Source of the DNA: a virus
Lineage: Duplodnaviria > Caudoviricetes
Virus record (IMG/VR): IMGVR_UViG_3300049846_002441
Location: 1-50,202 of that record
Length of the DNA: 50,202 nucleotides
Direction: 5' to 3' (one strand)
Position numbers and translations under genes: made by a program. Below are positions 33,754 through 45,300 of this stretch, one piece after another. Positions within the stretch are counted from its first letter, which is position 1; each line of letters starts with the position of its first letter. The notes under the pieces were generated by a model. The model saw nothing but the letters and a program-made list of their open reading frames with translations. It was not told the origin of the DNA and searched no databases.

Positions 33754-34815
33754 ATGGATATCCAACTGTCCGCAGACGAATTTGCCTCGTTGGCGAACGC
33801 GTCACTCGACCACTACATCCGCGGAAAGCCGACCGCGCAGTCGCTTCAGGAGAAGCCGACGCTCGCCAAGTTCCGGGAAAGGCAGAAAGAGTTTCCCGGC
33901 GGTAAGCAGCTGATCCGCGGCAACGTGAAGGGCGACTACACGACGACGTTTCAGGGCTACTCCTACGACGACGCCGTCTCGTACAACAACCCTGCCAACA
34001 TCAAGCAGTTCAGCTACGAGTGGTTCGAACTGCACGGCGGCATCGGGATCACGCACACCGAGTTGAAGCAGCAGGGCATCAACGTTGTCGACTCGCTCGC
34101 GGGAGAGAACATCCGGCAACTTTCGGAAGACGACCACCTCGTCATCTCTAGGCTGTTCGAAGACAAGCTGGACGATATGGACGAAGGCCTCGAGCGTTCG
34201 TTCCAGTCGATCCTCTGGGGTGACGGAACGCAGTCGTCCAAGGTGTTCCCCGGCATCACCGCGCTCATTCGCAATACACCAACGTCCGGTGTGATTGGCG
34301 GCATCGACTCGGGAGCGAATACTTGGTGGCGCAACCTTGCGCGCACTGGCGCGAGCAAGATCACTCCGTCGACCACGGCCTCGACGCTGACGAAGACGCT
34401 GCGCTCCGACCGGCGCCAGTTGCTTCGTTACGGCGGCCGGCCCGATCACGTTGCTTGCGGCTCAGGCTTCATCGAAGCGCTCGAGGCGGAAGTTCACGCG
34501 AAGGGTTTCTACACGCAGACCGGCTTTGCGAAGGAGGAGATCGACGTCGGCATCGGCAAGATCTCGATCCGCGGCATTGGCACGTTCGAGTACGAGCCGT
34601 ATCTTGACGAGCTCGGGCTCAACTACTTCGCGTACGCGTTCGATATGCGCCACATCATGCTCATGCCGATGCGCGGCGAGAACATGAAGAAGCACGCGCC
34701 GGCTCGCCCGGAAAACCGCTACGTGCTCTATCGCGCGGTGACGTGGACAGGCGCTCTCATCGCCAAGAAGATGAATGGCAACGCCGTCTGGGAGATCAAC
34801 TCGACCTACAGCTAA
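33754..34815 (+). CDS. Major capsid protein
   Basis: 353 aa after scaffold; ILWGDGT, GGID...WWRN pattern of HK97-fold capsids. Confidence 0.88.
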   Translation: MDIQLSADEFASLANASLDHYIRGKPTAQSLQEKPTLAKFRERQKEFPGGKQLIRGNVKGDYTTTFQGYSYDDAVSYNNPANIKQFSYEWFELHGGIGITHTELKQQGINVVDSLAGENIRQLSEDDHLVISRLFEDKLDDMDEGLERSFQSILWGDGTQSSKVFPGITALIRNTPTSGVIGGIDSGANTWWRNLARTGASKITPSTTASTLTKTLRSDRRQLLRYGGRPDHVACGSGFIEALEAEVHAKGFYTQTGFAKEEIDVGIGKISIRGIGTFEYEPYLDELGLNYFAYAFDMRHIMLMPMRGENMKKHAPARPENRYVLYRAVTWTGALIAKKMNGNAVWEINSTYS

Positions 34816-34886
34816 CGGAGTGCCCGTGGTGTCGCCAAACGTGACGCCACGTTCGCCTTCCCATCACTTTTCGAAAGGTTCACATC

Positions 34887-35768
34887 ATGTCTCGTAAACT
34901 GGTTACGGTGGTGCTCGGCTCGGCAGTTGCGACGTCCGGCACCTTCACGGTCAGCTACCCCACGGGGACAACGGCTGGCAACTTCAAGAACGGCAAGCGC
35001 CATCGCATGAACGCGATGGGTGTGTCGATGGAAGCGCCGAAGGACTTCACGATCTCGTTCGGCGCGACGACGGCGACCATCACGTATCTGCGGGCGACCA
35101 CGATCCCGGCGGGAGCGACGGTCTACGTTGAGCTCGATATGCTCGGCGAGTCCTTCCCGGCGGCTCACGATGGCAACGGTGCGGCGCTGCGCAACACGCA
35201 ATGCGAAGTGTCGTGCGTCGACCTGGGTTCGCCGGTGGTTGCTGCGGCTGCCTACTTCCGCGCGGCGGCGGCGATCGGCGCCGGCGGTGCGCTGGCGCTG
35301 TTGCAGACCACCCTCGATGTTCCGCGCAACCTGACGTTCACCTCGTCGGGCAACGATACGGGCATCACGTTCACCGCGACGGGCAAGGACGAGTACGGGA
35401 ACACCTTGATCGAGACGGTGACCGGCGCCAACGCGGCGGCGGCGGCCGGCAAGAAGGCATTCAAGTCGGTGACGACCATCACCGCCTCGGGCGCATCGGC
35501 TGGCACCGTGTCTGTCGGCTTCGGCAACGTCCTCGGCCTCCCGATTTTCCTCAGAAACTCGACGTATATCGTGCGGGAAATCGAGAACAATGCGGTGGCG
35601 ACGTCGGGCACCGTGGTTGCCGGCGACACGGCGACCGCAACGGCCACGACCGGCGATGTCCGCGGGACTTACGCTCCCAACGGCGCACCGGACGGCACGA
35701 AGGCGCTTCAGTTGCTGGTGATTTGCCCGGATCCGGGCTATAGAGGGGCACCGCAGTACGCCGGATAG
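34887..35768 (+). CDS. Capsid decoration/minor virion protein
   Basis: Directly after capsid; Ala/Thr/Gly-rich; DVPRNL, GKKAFKSVT, TTGDVRGT. Confidence 0.72.
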   Translation: MSRKLVTVVLGSAVATSGTFTVSYPTGTTAGNFKNGKRHRMNAMGVSMEAPKDFTISFGATTATITYLRATTIPAGATVYVELDMLGESFPAAHDGNGAALRNTQCEVSCVDLGSPVVAAAAYFRAAAAIGAGGALALLQTTLDVPRNLTFTSSGNDTGITFTATGKDEYGNTLIETVTGANAAAAAGKKAFKSVTTITASGASAGTVSVGFGNVLGLPIFLRNSTYIVREIENNAVATSGTVVAGDTATATATTGDVRGTYAPNGAPDGTKALQLLVICPDPGYRGAPQYAG

Positions 35769-35799
35769 TCGGCGGCTGACCCTTCCGAAGGAGTCCCAC

Positions 35800-36270
35800 G
35801 TGAAACTGTACTCGTGTCATTTGAAGCACAAGGGGGGCACGACGATGGTCCTGCCCCTCGATCGCGTTACGGCAGCGGAGATCGTCATCCTGCGGCAAGT
35901 CCACGGAAACGACGCCGTCATCCGGATCAAGCACATCGGCGAGCGCAATGTGCAAGACGCGGTTGAGTTTGCCAGGCTGGCGAAGAAGTTTGAGGGCCAC
36001 AAGGTCGAGGGCGGCGGCAACATCGTTGCGATGGCATTCCCGGGCGCAGCACCAATCCTCCCGCAAGAAGTTCCGCCAATTCCTCGCTCGGCGGAACAGC
36101 GGGCCGTTGAAGACGTCAAGCCGATGACCAAAGCTCAGATTGAGGCCGGCGACGAGCTTTTGTCCGAGCCTGTCGCGCTCGACTCGGGCGAAGACGATGA
36201 CTCCCCGTTGGAATTCGAAAGCGACCCGCCGGAGAGTGACGACGTGCTGCTCGAAGAAAAAGCGGCTTGA
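35800..36270 (+). CDS. Hypothetical morphogenesis protein
   Basis: AAGGAG before GTG; VTAAEIVILRQVHG.DAV; acidic tail. Confidence 0.7.
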   Translation: MKLYSCHLKHKGGTTMVLPLDRVTAAEIVILRQVHGNDAVIRIKHIGERNVQDAVEFARLAKKFEGHKVEGGGNIVAMAFPGAAPILPQEVPPIPRSAEQRAVEDVKPMTKAQIEAGDELLSEPVALDSGEDDDSPLEFESDPPESDDVLLEEKAA

Positions 36271-36287
36271 TTTAAGCGGAGGTGCAC

Positions 36288-37010
36288 ATGGCCGGGGATG
36301 GAATGACGCTGGATGAAATCCACGGCCTTGTGCGCTCTCACGCTAAAATGTCCCAATCCGCCGGTCTGAACGTCCAGACCAGGCAGGCGATCACGGACGA
36401 GATCAACTCGACCCAGAAGGCTCTCTACAGCGCCCACGATTGGGACATGCTGTGGACGGAACACCCGAAGGCGCTCCAGGCCGGGCTGCGTTTCTACGAC
36501 TACCCGACAACGTTGCGATGGGATCAGATTCGCGAGGCGTCGGTACTGTGGGCGGCGAGCTCGAATTTGCCGCTTGCGTACGGCATCGGCATCAACGAGT
36601 ACAACGCGATCGACTCGCGCATCGATGTCCGGCAAGATCCGGCGCAGCGGTGGATGCACAGGGCCCACGAAAGCGGCGCGCCGCAGTTCGAGGTTTGGCC
36701 GATACCAGCTTCGAACGATCAAGTTCTAACCTTCACCGGGATGCAGAAGTGCACGCGGCTCGTGTCCGCCACGGATCGTTCCGTGCTCGACGGCGACATG
36801 CTCGCGATGTATGTGGCGGCTGCGAGGCTTGGTGGCGCCGCAAGCGCGAGCGGTCGGTCAAAGCTCGCGGAGGCTCAGGCCCTTTTGAAATCGCTACTCC
36901 GCACAAAGACGAAATCGACCGGCGGATTCGTCGGCAAGCTGGGCGGTGGCCCGCACAGAGAGATGCCGGGCGAGAGAGATGTGCGGATATTGGTCGCGCG
37001 CTCGCCCTAA
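36288..37010 (+). CDS. Head-tail adaptor (tail tubular A-like)
   Basis: GGAGG SD; position; HDW, FEVWPIP. Confidence 0.75.
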   Translation: MAGDGMTLDEIHGLVRSHAKMSQSAGLNVQTRQAITDEINSTQKALYSAHDWDMLWTEHPKALQAGLRFYDYPTTLRWDQIREASVLWAASSNLPLAYGIGINEYNAIDSRIDVRQDPAQRWMHRAHESGAPQFEVWPIPASNDQVLTFTGMQKCTRLVSATDRSVLDGDMLAMYVAAARLGGAASASGRSKLAEAQALLKSLLRTKTKSTGGFVGKLGGGPHREMPGERDVRILVARSP

Positions 37011-37022
37011 AGAGAGGGTGAG

Positions 37023-39482
37023 ATGCCTGACATTCAAATCGAAGACTTCAAGGCGGGGCTAGATCTTCGCCGAATGCAGTTCATGACGCAGGCCGGAACT
37101 TTGCTCACGGCTCGCAACGTGCACATCAACCGCGGCGGTGAGATCGAGAAGCGCAAGGCTTTCGTTCAAAACGCATCGCTGCCGGCCGGCACATTTGGCC
37201 TGCTATACGCGCTCGGCGCGCTCTACACGTTCGGCTCGCAGGCGGCGCCGACAATGCCGAGCGGCTACGCGTATCAGAGGCTGCAAGACCCGTCAGGCTC
37301 GGCAATGACGGGCGTGGTGCGAGCGAGGCTTTTCGGTGGAAAGCCGTATGTCATTGCAACGTTCGCGAACGGTCTGAGCCACCATTTCTACGACGGCACC
37401 TTAGTGTCGCATTGGTCAAGCGGGATCGTGCGTTCGTACATGGTCGACAACTTTGGTATTGCGACACACCTCGCCGCGCTGATTGATGCCCACCCAGATT
37501 ACACGGCGACCGCGGCCGCGGGCACCATCACAATCACGGGGCCGCTTGGCCGGTCCTTCGAAGTGTCCGGGTCAACCGAGAACGGCGGTGCGGTGAACGA
37601 CCAGGCCCTTGTAATTACAAAGGCAACTTTCGCCGTGAGCGCGCGCGATGATGTTGGCGCAATAGGATCTTTCAGGATAACGGGAGGGACCGCATCGGCG
37701 GGCGTCAACTACATTTCCGACGTAGTTGTAAGCCCCGACTATCCAAGCGGCTTCGACCCGCTCGGTGGGGGATATTCCATTCTTCCGTCTTCGGTCGATT
37801 GGCAGGGCTCAAATTCGCAAACCATCCAGGCGATCGCAGATCTCATCAACGCCAACACGTCAACGCCGGGTGACTTCACAGCGGACGTCATCGGCCAGCA
37901 GCTGACAATCACAGGCGTCCCGGGGCAAGGCGACACGTACAACAGCTACCACATCACTCTCATGATCGAGGGTGATGTGATCGTGACGGAACTTGGCTTC
38001 CAGGTCACAGCCGGAACTTCCAGCCCCGGCGTAAACCGTGTGACAAACATATTCATCGGCGGGCCGGATTATTTGAGCGCGGCGGTAGATTGGGTGACGG
38101 ATAACGCAACGACCGCCGAGGCGATCGCGGCTGGTGTTCGTGCCGGCGGGTTGGGCACGGCAAAGGCGATTGGCGACGTTGTGCGCATAAGCCGCCGCGG
38201 TAGCGGCTCCGGCCATGGCCACAGCACCTTCTACGATACATTCCCGATCAACGTCGTGTGCGGCGGGAACGTCCGCGTGCGGCAGGAGGGAGACACTGCG
38301 GCTGGTGTCGCGAATCTGACCTTTACTGGCGGCATGGTGAGCGGCTTCACCGATATTTCCGGCGGGGTCGATGAATACGCCGGGGTTGCTCAGGTGAGCA
38401 GAGTCTCCATCTCGGGAACGTTCGAGCCTGGCGACAGGTTCACGATCACGATCAACGATGCTGAGAATGGGGATATCGTCTTCGGCGCCGGGTCGGTTAC
38501 TGGTGAAACGGCCGTAGACGCGCTCGCGCTCGACACGAAGATGTACGCGGCGTTCGGGTCTAACGTAGGATTCTCCGCGGTCAATGACGCCACGCTCTGG
38601 AACTACGGGACCGGCGTCGGGTTCATCGGCTTCTCCAACGTCTCCGGCGAGATGGTCGACCTGAAGGCCGTTGCTGAGTACGAGAAGAAGCTTGCAGCGT
38701 TCGCCAGATCGACCGTCGCGATATGGAACATTGACCCGGACCCGGACCAGAACAGTCGGTTTCAGGTTCTCAACAACATCGGGACACTGGCGACGAGGTC
38801 TGTGCAGTCCTACGGCGCGCGCGACACTTACATGTTGCACGACTCCGGGTTTCGCTCGCTGCGCCCACACTCGGCAACAGAGAACGCGACCACCTTTGAT
38901 ATTGGCACACACATCGACGACGCGGTCGTTGCAGCAATCGCCGCCGATGAAGTTGGCGCAACGCAGGCGCACTCCATCATCGAGCCTGAATCGAACCGTT
39001 ATTGGTGCTACCTAAACGGCAAGATTTACGTCCTCACGCAGTTCTCGAGTGAGGGTGTGATGGGGTGGTCAATCTACGACGAGATACCAGCGTTCTCGGA
39101 GTTTGAGAAAGTCGGCAGGCGTGTCTACGCCAGGGCTGGCGACATTGTTTATTTGTACGGCGGCGACTCCGGCGCTGAGTACGATGACACGGAGGCCGAG
39201 GTCGAGTTGCCGTACTTGCACGCGCGAAAGCTCGCTGAATGGAAGCGTTGGAGCGGCATCAACTTCGCGATCGAAGGGCTTTGGCAGGTGTACATGAACA
39301 CCGACCCGGATCACCCGACCCGGGAGGAGTTGATCGCAAATTTCGATCACGTCTCGTATCACATGGAGGCGAGCCAGTTCGATGCTGAGGGGCCGGCGAT
39401 CAAGCTCAGGTTCAAATCGACCGCGGCGGAGCGAGCGCTAATTTCAGCCGTCTCGGTTTCTTACGACGACAAAGACTCGTGA
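37023..39482 (+). CDS. Tail nozzle / DNA-stabilisation protein (tubular B-like)
   Basis: IEDFKAGLD.RR..RNVHINRGGEIEKRK N-terminus; beta-rich; follows adaptor. Confidence 0.8.
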   Translation: MPDIQIEDFKAGLDLRRMQFMTQAGTLLTARNVHINRGGEIEKRKAFVQNASLPAGTFGLLYALGALYTFGSQAAPTMPSGYAYQRLQDPSGSAMTGVVRARLFGGKPYVIATFANGLSHHFYDGTLVSHWSSGIVRSYMVDNFGIATHLAALIDAHPDYTATAAAGTITITGPLGRSFEVSGSTENGGAVNDQALVITKATFAVSARDDVGAIGSFRITGGTASAGVNYISDVVVSPDYPSGFDPLGGGYSILPSSVDWQGSNSQTIQAIADLINANTSTPGDFTADVIGQQLTITGVPGQGDTYNSYHITLMIEGDVIVTELGFQVTAGTSSPGVNRVTNIFIGGPDYLSAAVDWVTDNATTAEAIAAGVRAGGLGTAKAIGDVVRISRRGSGSGHGHSTFYDTFPINVVCGGNVRVRQEGDTAAGVANLTFTGGMVSGFTDISGGVDEYAGVAQVSRVSISGTFEPGDRFTITINDAENGDIVFGAGSVTGETAVDALALDTKMYAAFGSNVGFSAVNDATLWNYGTGVGFIGFSNVSGEMVDLKAVAEYEKKLAAFARSTVAIWNIDPDPDQNSRFQVLNNIGTLATRSVQSYGARDTYMLHDSGFRSLRPHSATENATTFDIGTHIDDAVVAAIAADEVGATQAHSIIEPESNRYWCYLNGKIYVLTQFSSEGVMGWSIYDEIPAFSEFEKVGRRVYARAGDIVYLYGGDSGAEYDDTEAEVELPYLHARKLAEWKRWSGINFAIEGLWQVYMNTDPDHPTREELIANFDHVSYHMEASQFDAEGPAIKLRFKSTAAERALISAVSVSYDDKDS

Positions 39483-39928
39483 TCGACGTCATTGTGCCTG
39501 ACAAGATGCAGGTCAGGCACGTCGTTTGGACCTGCCGTCACTGGAACTTTCTCGAGCTCAGCAATGCCTTTGGGTCGTCGTGGCGCGAGCGGGCGACCGA
39601 CTACATTTGGGAGAAATCACCGAAATATAGGTGGGTTGCGCGGTGGCGCGGCCAGCCCGTCGCGCTCTATGGGATCATCGAATTTGCGCCGAAAAGGTGG
39701 TCGGTGTATATGGTTGCCACCGAAGCGGTCGAACAGTGCGCTCGACCCCTGGCGCGAAAGCTCCGACGCACCTTCTTGGAATTCCGAGAGAGGGAGATGC
39801 CCCAGATGGTCATTGCGACCCCGCTTCGCGGAAATCCAAAGACAGATAGATGGTTCAGGTCGTTAGGTGCGACATTTGTACGCACTGAGGGCAAGGTCGA
39901 TATTTACAGCTTCGACTTGGAGGGTTGA
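39479..39928 (+). CDS. GNAT-like virion-assembly protein
   Basis: Position after nozzle; PVALYG, N...RWFRSLG.F. Confidence 0.65.
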   Translation: MIDVIVPDKMQVRHVVWTCRHWNFLELSNAFGSSWRERATDYIWEKSPKYRWVARWRGQPVALYGIIEFAPKRWSVYMVATEAVEQCARPLARKLRRTFLEFREREMPQMVIATPLRGNPKTDRWFRSLGATFVRTEGKVDIYSFDLEG

Positions 39929-39930
39929 GC

Positions 39931-40551
39931 GTGTGCATCCCGGATAACACCGCCGAGAAGATGGCGAAGGTGGCCACGGTCGATGAGAGGGCGCGGCAAG
40001 GGCGCGTCACAGCGGGTATAGGCAAGATAAACTCCAGGTTCGCCATGTTCAGCCCGGAGTATTTTGCGTCGCGCAGGAAGCAGTTCTTTGAGTTCGGCCT
40101 GCCGAGTGTCATGGAGAGCTACCGGAACGCACGCGACAAAAACACGTTCGCGCTCGCGCGGCAAGGGCACATCGCTCCAGGAGGCGTGACGTCGAGCGCT
40201 GCGCTCGATCGAATGGCTGCGGCGCTGCGCGCGATGAGTGGTGGACGGCAAGATCTGATGGGGCGCGCCTTCGATTTTGCGAACCGCGAGCGTGGCGCCA
40301 TCGAGGGTGCGCGATCGGGGCTGGTTTCTGAACTGCGGGCGAGCAACGGCGCCGAGCCGAATTTCGCGGCGGCGGATTTGGCAGGCCGCGCATACTCAGA
40401 CAGCCCCTCGAGTGCTGCGCCTATGGCGCTTTTTGCGAACCTGACTGGCATCGGTGCGGACACAATCAACCCGCCGACGGACTGGCGAAAGCTAACAGCG
40501 GGGCTGCAGCTGTCGCCGAAGTCGGCCTCAACCGTAAGATTGGTGAGTTAG
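39931..40551 (+). CDS. Internal virion/ejection protein
   Basis: GGAGGG before GTG; MC- start; Ala/Arg-rich helices. Confidence 0.65.
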   Translation: MCIPDNTAEKMAKVATVDERARQGRVTAGIGKINSRFAMFSPEYFASRRKQFFEFGLPSVMESYRNARDKNTFALARQGHIAPGGVTSSAALDRMAAALRAMSGGRQDLMGRAFDFANRERGAIEGARSGLVSELRASNGAEPNFAAADLAGRAYSDSPSSAAPMALFANLTGIGADTINPPTDWRKLTAGLQLSPKSASTVRLVS

Positions 40552-41259
40552 ATGTGCGACCCGATCACAGCAGCCGCGACCGCGATGCAGGTTGGCGGGG
40601 CGTTTGAGAATTTCTCGGCCGGGCGCCGCTCGCAAAAAGCGATCAAGCGATCAATCAAAGATGAGAGCGATTCGCGCCGGGCCATGACCGAGGCGTCGAA
40701 CCGCGAGTTTCAGATATCGAGCGACCGCGTGAACCCGGCGGAAGTCTTGGCGGCGCAGCGCGCGCGGTCGAGAGGCTATGCCGCAGCAACCCCGACGGTG
40801 ACGCCCGGCTCGTTTTCGCCGGTTTTGGGTCCGGACTCACCCGCGATCGCGCAGCGCGGCGCGGTGCAGCGTGCCAGCGCGATCGGGCGCGAAGGTGCAC
40901 GGCTGGCGGCCGGGCGCGGCAATCTTGAGGGCGTTGGTGACTTCCTGTTCGACCAATCAGTTCGCCACGGCCGCTCGATGGAGACGATTGGCACGATGAG
41001 CGATTTCATCCGGGCGAACCAGGCGCTACTGCAGATGAAGCTCGAGGCCGCGAAGGCGAAGGCAAAGAGCCCGGTCGGCGACGCGCTGATGATGGGTGGG
41101 CAGATTTTGAGCGGGTTCGGCGGTGTCGGCGGTGGCGGGTCAGGGCCGACGAACATCGTCCCGGAGGCGATGGGCCGACCACGGCCAGTGCCCGTCGGCC
41201 AGCCGTTCGTTCCGCTCAACTACGGCTTCACGCCGGATTTATTCAGGGGAATTTACTGA
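40552..41259 (+). CDS. Internal virion/ejection protein
   Basis: MCDPITAA start typical of podovirus small ejection proteins. Confidence 0.72.
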   Translation: MCDPITAAATAMQVGGAFENFSAGRRSQKAIKRSIKDESDSRRAMTEASNREFQISSDRVNPAEVLAAQRARSRGYAAATPTVTPGSFSPVLGPDSPAIAQRGAVQRASAIGREGARLAAGRGNLEGVGDFLFDQSVRHGRSMETIGTMSDFIRANQALLQMKLEAAKAKAKSPVGDALMMGGQILSGFGGVGGGGSGPTNIVPEAMGRPRPVPVGQPFVPLNYGFTPDLFRGIY

Positions 41260-42377
41260 TGGCAGCGCGGCGCATCTACTCGGATTCATCGGCCAACGCG
41301 ATCGTCCAGAACATCATGTCGATGCTGAACGGCTCGCCTGAGGAGGCGATGGCGCAAGCGCAGATCGCACGCCAGGTCGCCGACGTCGACAAGATGCGCG
41401 GCGAGATGACGGCGCGCGACAGTCTGGCCAACGTCTTCTCGAACTTCACGGACCCAGCGCAAATCGCGCCGAATGCGGGTTCGGCTTTTGGGGAGGCGTT
41501 TCGTGCCGGCGAAGACCCGTCGCGCGTTGCTGCGGCACTTTTGGGGTACGCGGCGAACGCGGGCGGGGACAACAACATCGTCGCCCGGTCGTATGTCGGC
41601 TCCGGCCACGCGATCCGGCCGCAAGACGCGTTCACCGTGCCGCGGCAGAACGAGCTCGCGATCGATGAGGAGCGCCAAAAAGACGAGGCTCAGCGCTCGG
41701 CGCTCGTCAACGCGTTCAACATGAATGAGGCGGACAACGAGGCCGCGAACGATAGGTTCAACCGCGCGCCGCTGAATGTCGCACCGGGCCACACGGTTTA
41801 CAGGTTCAATCCGGACGGGACGCGAGAAGAATTTGTAGGCTCGCCCAGGGCGGCATCGGCTGGCCCAAGCGCGGTGCCACTCGATGTCGACCCGAACGAC
41901 TTCGGCAAGATGGGGTTGATGCTAGACGGTCTGATCGGCAAAGCGCAGATGCCGCCCGAGTTGCGGCAGGAAGTTCTGCTCGCAGCGTCGAACCTATACC
42001 AAAAAACGCGGAACGCCCCAGCCTCGCTTGCGAAGGCATTGAGCGACATCGCGCAGATCGAGGTTGAGCCAGGCTGGTTCTCGAACTCAGAAGTCTACAA
42101 GCGCAAGGGTGGCGCGGCACCATCGCCGCCCGGCGAGTCTGGCGTCGTCTTGCCGCTCAATCCGCCGAACGTGGACGGCATGACCTTCGCGCCCGCCGCT
42201 CCGGCGGAGGTGTTCACGCAGCCGAATGTGACGCCGGACGCTGACCCGAGCGCCGCTCTGCCGCAAGGCAACGTCGAGCAAGGCGGAGCCGGCGTCGAGG
42301 GCGAGATCCAGCGCAACAAGAAGACTGGCGAAATGCGCATCATGAGGAATGGCCAATGGCAGCCGTACCAGCAATGA
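41259..42377 (+). CDS. Internal virion/ejection protein
   Basis: Position; C-terminal NKKTGEMRIMRNGQWQP. Confidence 0.7.
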   Translation: MAARRIYSDSSANAIVQNIMSMLNGSPEEAMAQAQIARQVADVDKMRGEMTARDSLANVFSNFTDPAQIAPNAGSAFGEAFRAGEDPSRVAAALLGYAANAGGDNNIVARSYVGSGHAIRPQDAFTVPRQNELAIDEERQKDEAQRSALVNAFNMNEADNEAANDRFNRAPLNVAPGHTVYRFNPDGTREEFVGSPRAASAGPSAVPLDVDPNDFGKMGLMLDGLIGKAQMPPELRQEVLLAASNLYQKTRNAPASLAKALSDIAQIEVEPGWFSNSEVYKRKGGAAPSPPGESGVVLPLNPPNVDGMTFAPAAPAEVFTQPNVTPDADPSAALPQGNVEQGGAGVEGEIQRNKKTGEMRIMRNGQWQPYQQ

Positions 42378-45300
42378 GTGGTTCATGGGAAACCGTCTAC
42401 GATCCGCGCCAGGGGCCGAAGTTGCCACCTAAGCCGAGCGATGTCATTGCCGAGGCGTTGGGGTCGGCGCAGTTTGCGCCGACTTCCGATTCTGGGGATT
42501 GGGAAACCGTTGCTCGGCCAACTCACTACGAGACGCCGATGGGGCCCGCTCGGTATGTCGGTGATGGTCTGCTTGAAGGCGTTGATGCCAACGGCGCGGG
42601 CTTTCTCGAGCACATTTCGCGGTTGCCGGCGAACCCGGTGTACAGCAAAGGCCCGCACGTCGGTTACGACCCGGCCCGGGTTGGGGTGTGGAAGGCGAGC
42701 GACATAAACGACTCCGATTTGAGCCGTAGGTTCATGGTCAATCTGAACGAGGCGGCGCACGTCAACTCGCTGGGCAGTGCCGTTGCGCAGCGCGTTGCTC
42801 GCGGGGCGGCCGACGCTGCCGGTTACGGACCGGAGGGCGACGCCGCGATCACAAAGCGACTGCAAGGCTACGAGCAGGAATTCCAAAACCTTCGGCCTTG
42901 GTACAAGGCGGACGACCCGTTGCAGGCGATCACCGAGCTCCTAACCGGCGTCGGCGGCACGGTCGCAGGCGCGGTGCTCGACCCAAGCTCTCTGGCCGGC
43001 GGTGTAGGCAAGAACGTGATCGAGACGTTCGGCCGCGGCGCGGCGGCAAACTCCGTCGCCGATGTCTTCACGCAATTGCTGAATATGGATTCGGGCGTGC
43101 AGACGGAGTTCAATCCGCAGGCAGAGCAATATGATCCGTCCACGGAAGATTTCACCCCGACGCTCGACGCACAGGGTCGGCCGCTTCCGCAAATGCAGGT
43201 GCGCGGATATGACCCCGTGCAGACGGCGCTCGCCGGGCTGATTGGCGGCGCGCTTCCAGTTGGTGTGGACGCGACATTCAACAAGGAAGCGCGTGAGCAA
43301 ATTGCGGCGCTCGTGCGTGCTGGCGTCGATCAGTTGAGATTCCGCCGAGGGGCCTCGTCGGCCGCGCCGCCCACTCCCGAGGAGATCGATATTGTGATGC
43401 GCGATCCAGAGATCCAGCGCATCCTCGAGGCTAGCGGTCAGGCGAATAGTCCGCGTGCGGATGAATTCGCCGATCGCATCGCGGCACGCAAGGCGGCCGA
43501 GGGTTCCAGGCCGGCACAGACTGACGTTTCCGAGGTTTCACCCAAAGCGGTGTTTGATGAGCTTGAGCGTCAGCGCGCTCTCAAAGAGCAGGGTGGGGAT
43601 GGCGACATCGACGCGGCATTTGTGCCGCCGGGGACTCCGCGCCAGGTGCCACCCGCGTTTACGGTCGACCGCGCGGGTGCGGCGCGGCCGGCGCAAGTGC
43701 AGGGAGCCAAAGCCAGGAGCGAGACTGACCCAGGATTGGAGCGCGCCGTCGAGCGCGCCGGGCCGAGAATGCTGCCTGCGCCCGGGCGCGCGGCGACAAA
43801 CCCGATGACGGATGAGGCGGTCGGCATTGCCGCCCGACAGATGGATCTCCGCCCAGAAGACGCCACGGCGCGACTGTTCCAAGGTGACCGGGTGACCGAG
43901 GAGCCATCAGCCCCTGGGCGGCTCGTTGGCCGTGAGGAGGCGCCGCCGATGGTCGCCGGTGCCATCGAAGGTCAGCGGCAGGCCAAGGGTGCGTTCGACC
44001 TGGCCGAGAGGCAGCGTGAGCGGCTGGTGGCCGGAGAGCCGCCGGAGCGCGTCAGGGACACGCAGGCGGCCGGGCTCGAGCGCGGTGTCGAGCCGGTGCG
44101 GGTCACCCTCGACGAGGGGAATCCGGTCAAGGTGCTGCGCACGCAGGTCATGCGCGATCGCGGCGGGGTGGAAACTGAGTTCGCCACGGTGCGCCGGTAT
44201 GACCCGCGGACGGACGAGTTCGAGCCGGACTCGATCGAGTATCAAGTGCCGGTGAAACGCCTGAAAGAGGGCAAGTACACGCCGGAGCCGCGGCGGGCGC
44301 AAGACTTCAGCCGTCGCGCCGAGGGGCCGCCTGCGCCGGAAAAGCCGCGCATGGCTGGCCCAGGGCGGCCTGAGCGCGAACCCGCGCAGACCTACCGCGC
44401 AACGGAGCCGGATCCCAACGAGCAGTTCCCGGCCGCAGGCGAGGGACGCTCGCCGCTTCCACCGCAGCCTGAGCGCACGACGCCGCCGCGTTATTCGACG
44501 GCGGAAGAGGTGATGCGCGATTTCCAGGCGCGTCAGAAGTCGCAGCAGCGGTCGGCTGAGTTCGAGCGCGAGGCGCGGGCATCGGCGCGCTACCGCGATG
44601 CGAAGACGTCGAACACCCCGAAGGGTACAGACGACGCCGGCCGTTGGCACGTAGACGAAGACGGGTTTGTGCTTTCAGACAAGGGTGGGCCAATCCTCTT
44701 CGCACAGCACGAACAGGCGGCGAAATGGATTATCAATAAGGGCCAGCGCAAGCCGAGCGATCAGAACTTCGAATTGACGAACCATCCGACGGCGAAGGCT
44801 GGTGTGTCGGTTCGCGAGACATCGCGCACGCCGCACCCCGAAGAGTTCAAAGGCAAGAAAGGTCTTGGAGATGAGGCGCCACGTGGCGCGGCCGGAGAGC
44901 GCTCCGAGCAGTCCTTCAAGAAGGAAGCTGGTGTAGAGGAGCCAGTTCGTCCAGCGGACGAAACCCAGGCGCCCGGGCCGTCGAGGGGTGAGGTCGCTGA
45001 GGCACCAACAACGGCTCGCGCTGACGAGGTGTCGCCCAAAGCGCGCCGCGAGGCGCCGGCCGAATCCGAAAGTGTTGTGACGGCGGCGGATCTTGCGGCC
45101 GAATTCGAGAAGAAGTTCGGGGTTGACGCGGACAGCTTGACGCCGAAAGAGCTCGCCGAGGCGATCTATCGCACCGCCAGCATGGAAAAGCGCGAAAAGC
45201 TCATGGACAAATTTTTGGGCTCTGATGACACGCCGGACATGCGCACGTTCGCAGCGAACACCTACCGCGAGGCGACAGGTAAGCAGCTGAGCCCGGGCAA

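Noticed and set aside
34800-34890. Programmed frameshift or readthrough fusing capsid to the next gene
   Set aside because: No slippery heptamer at the capsid end; the next gene has its own AAGG SD and a hairpin lies between them.
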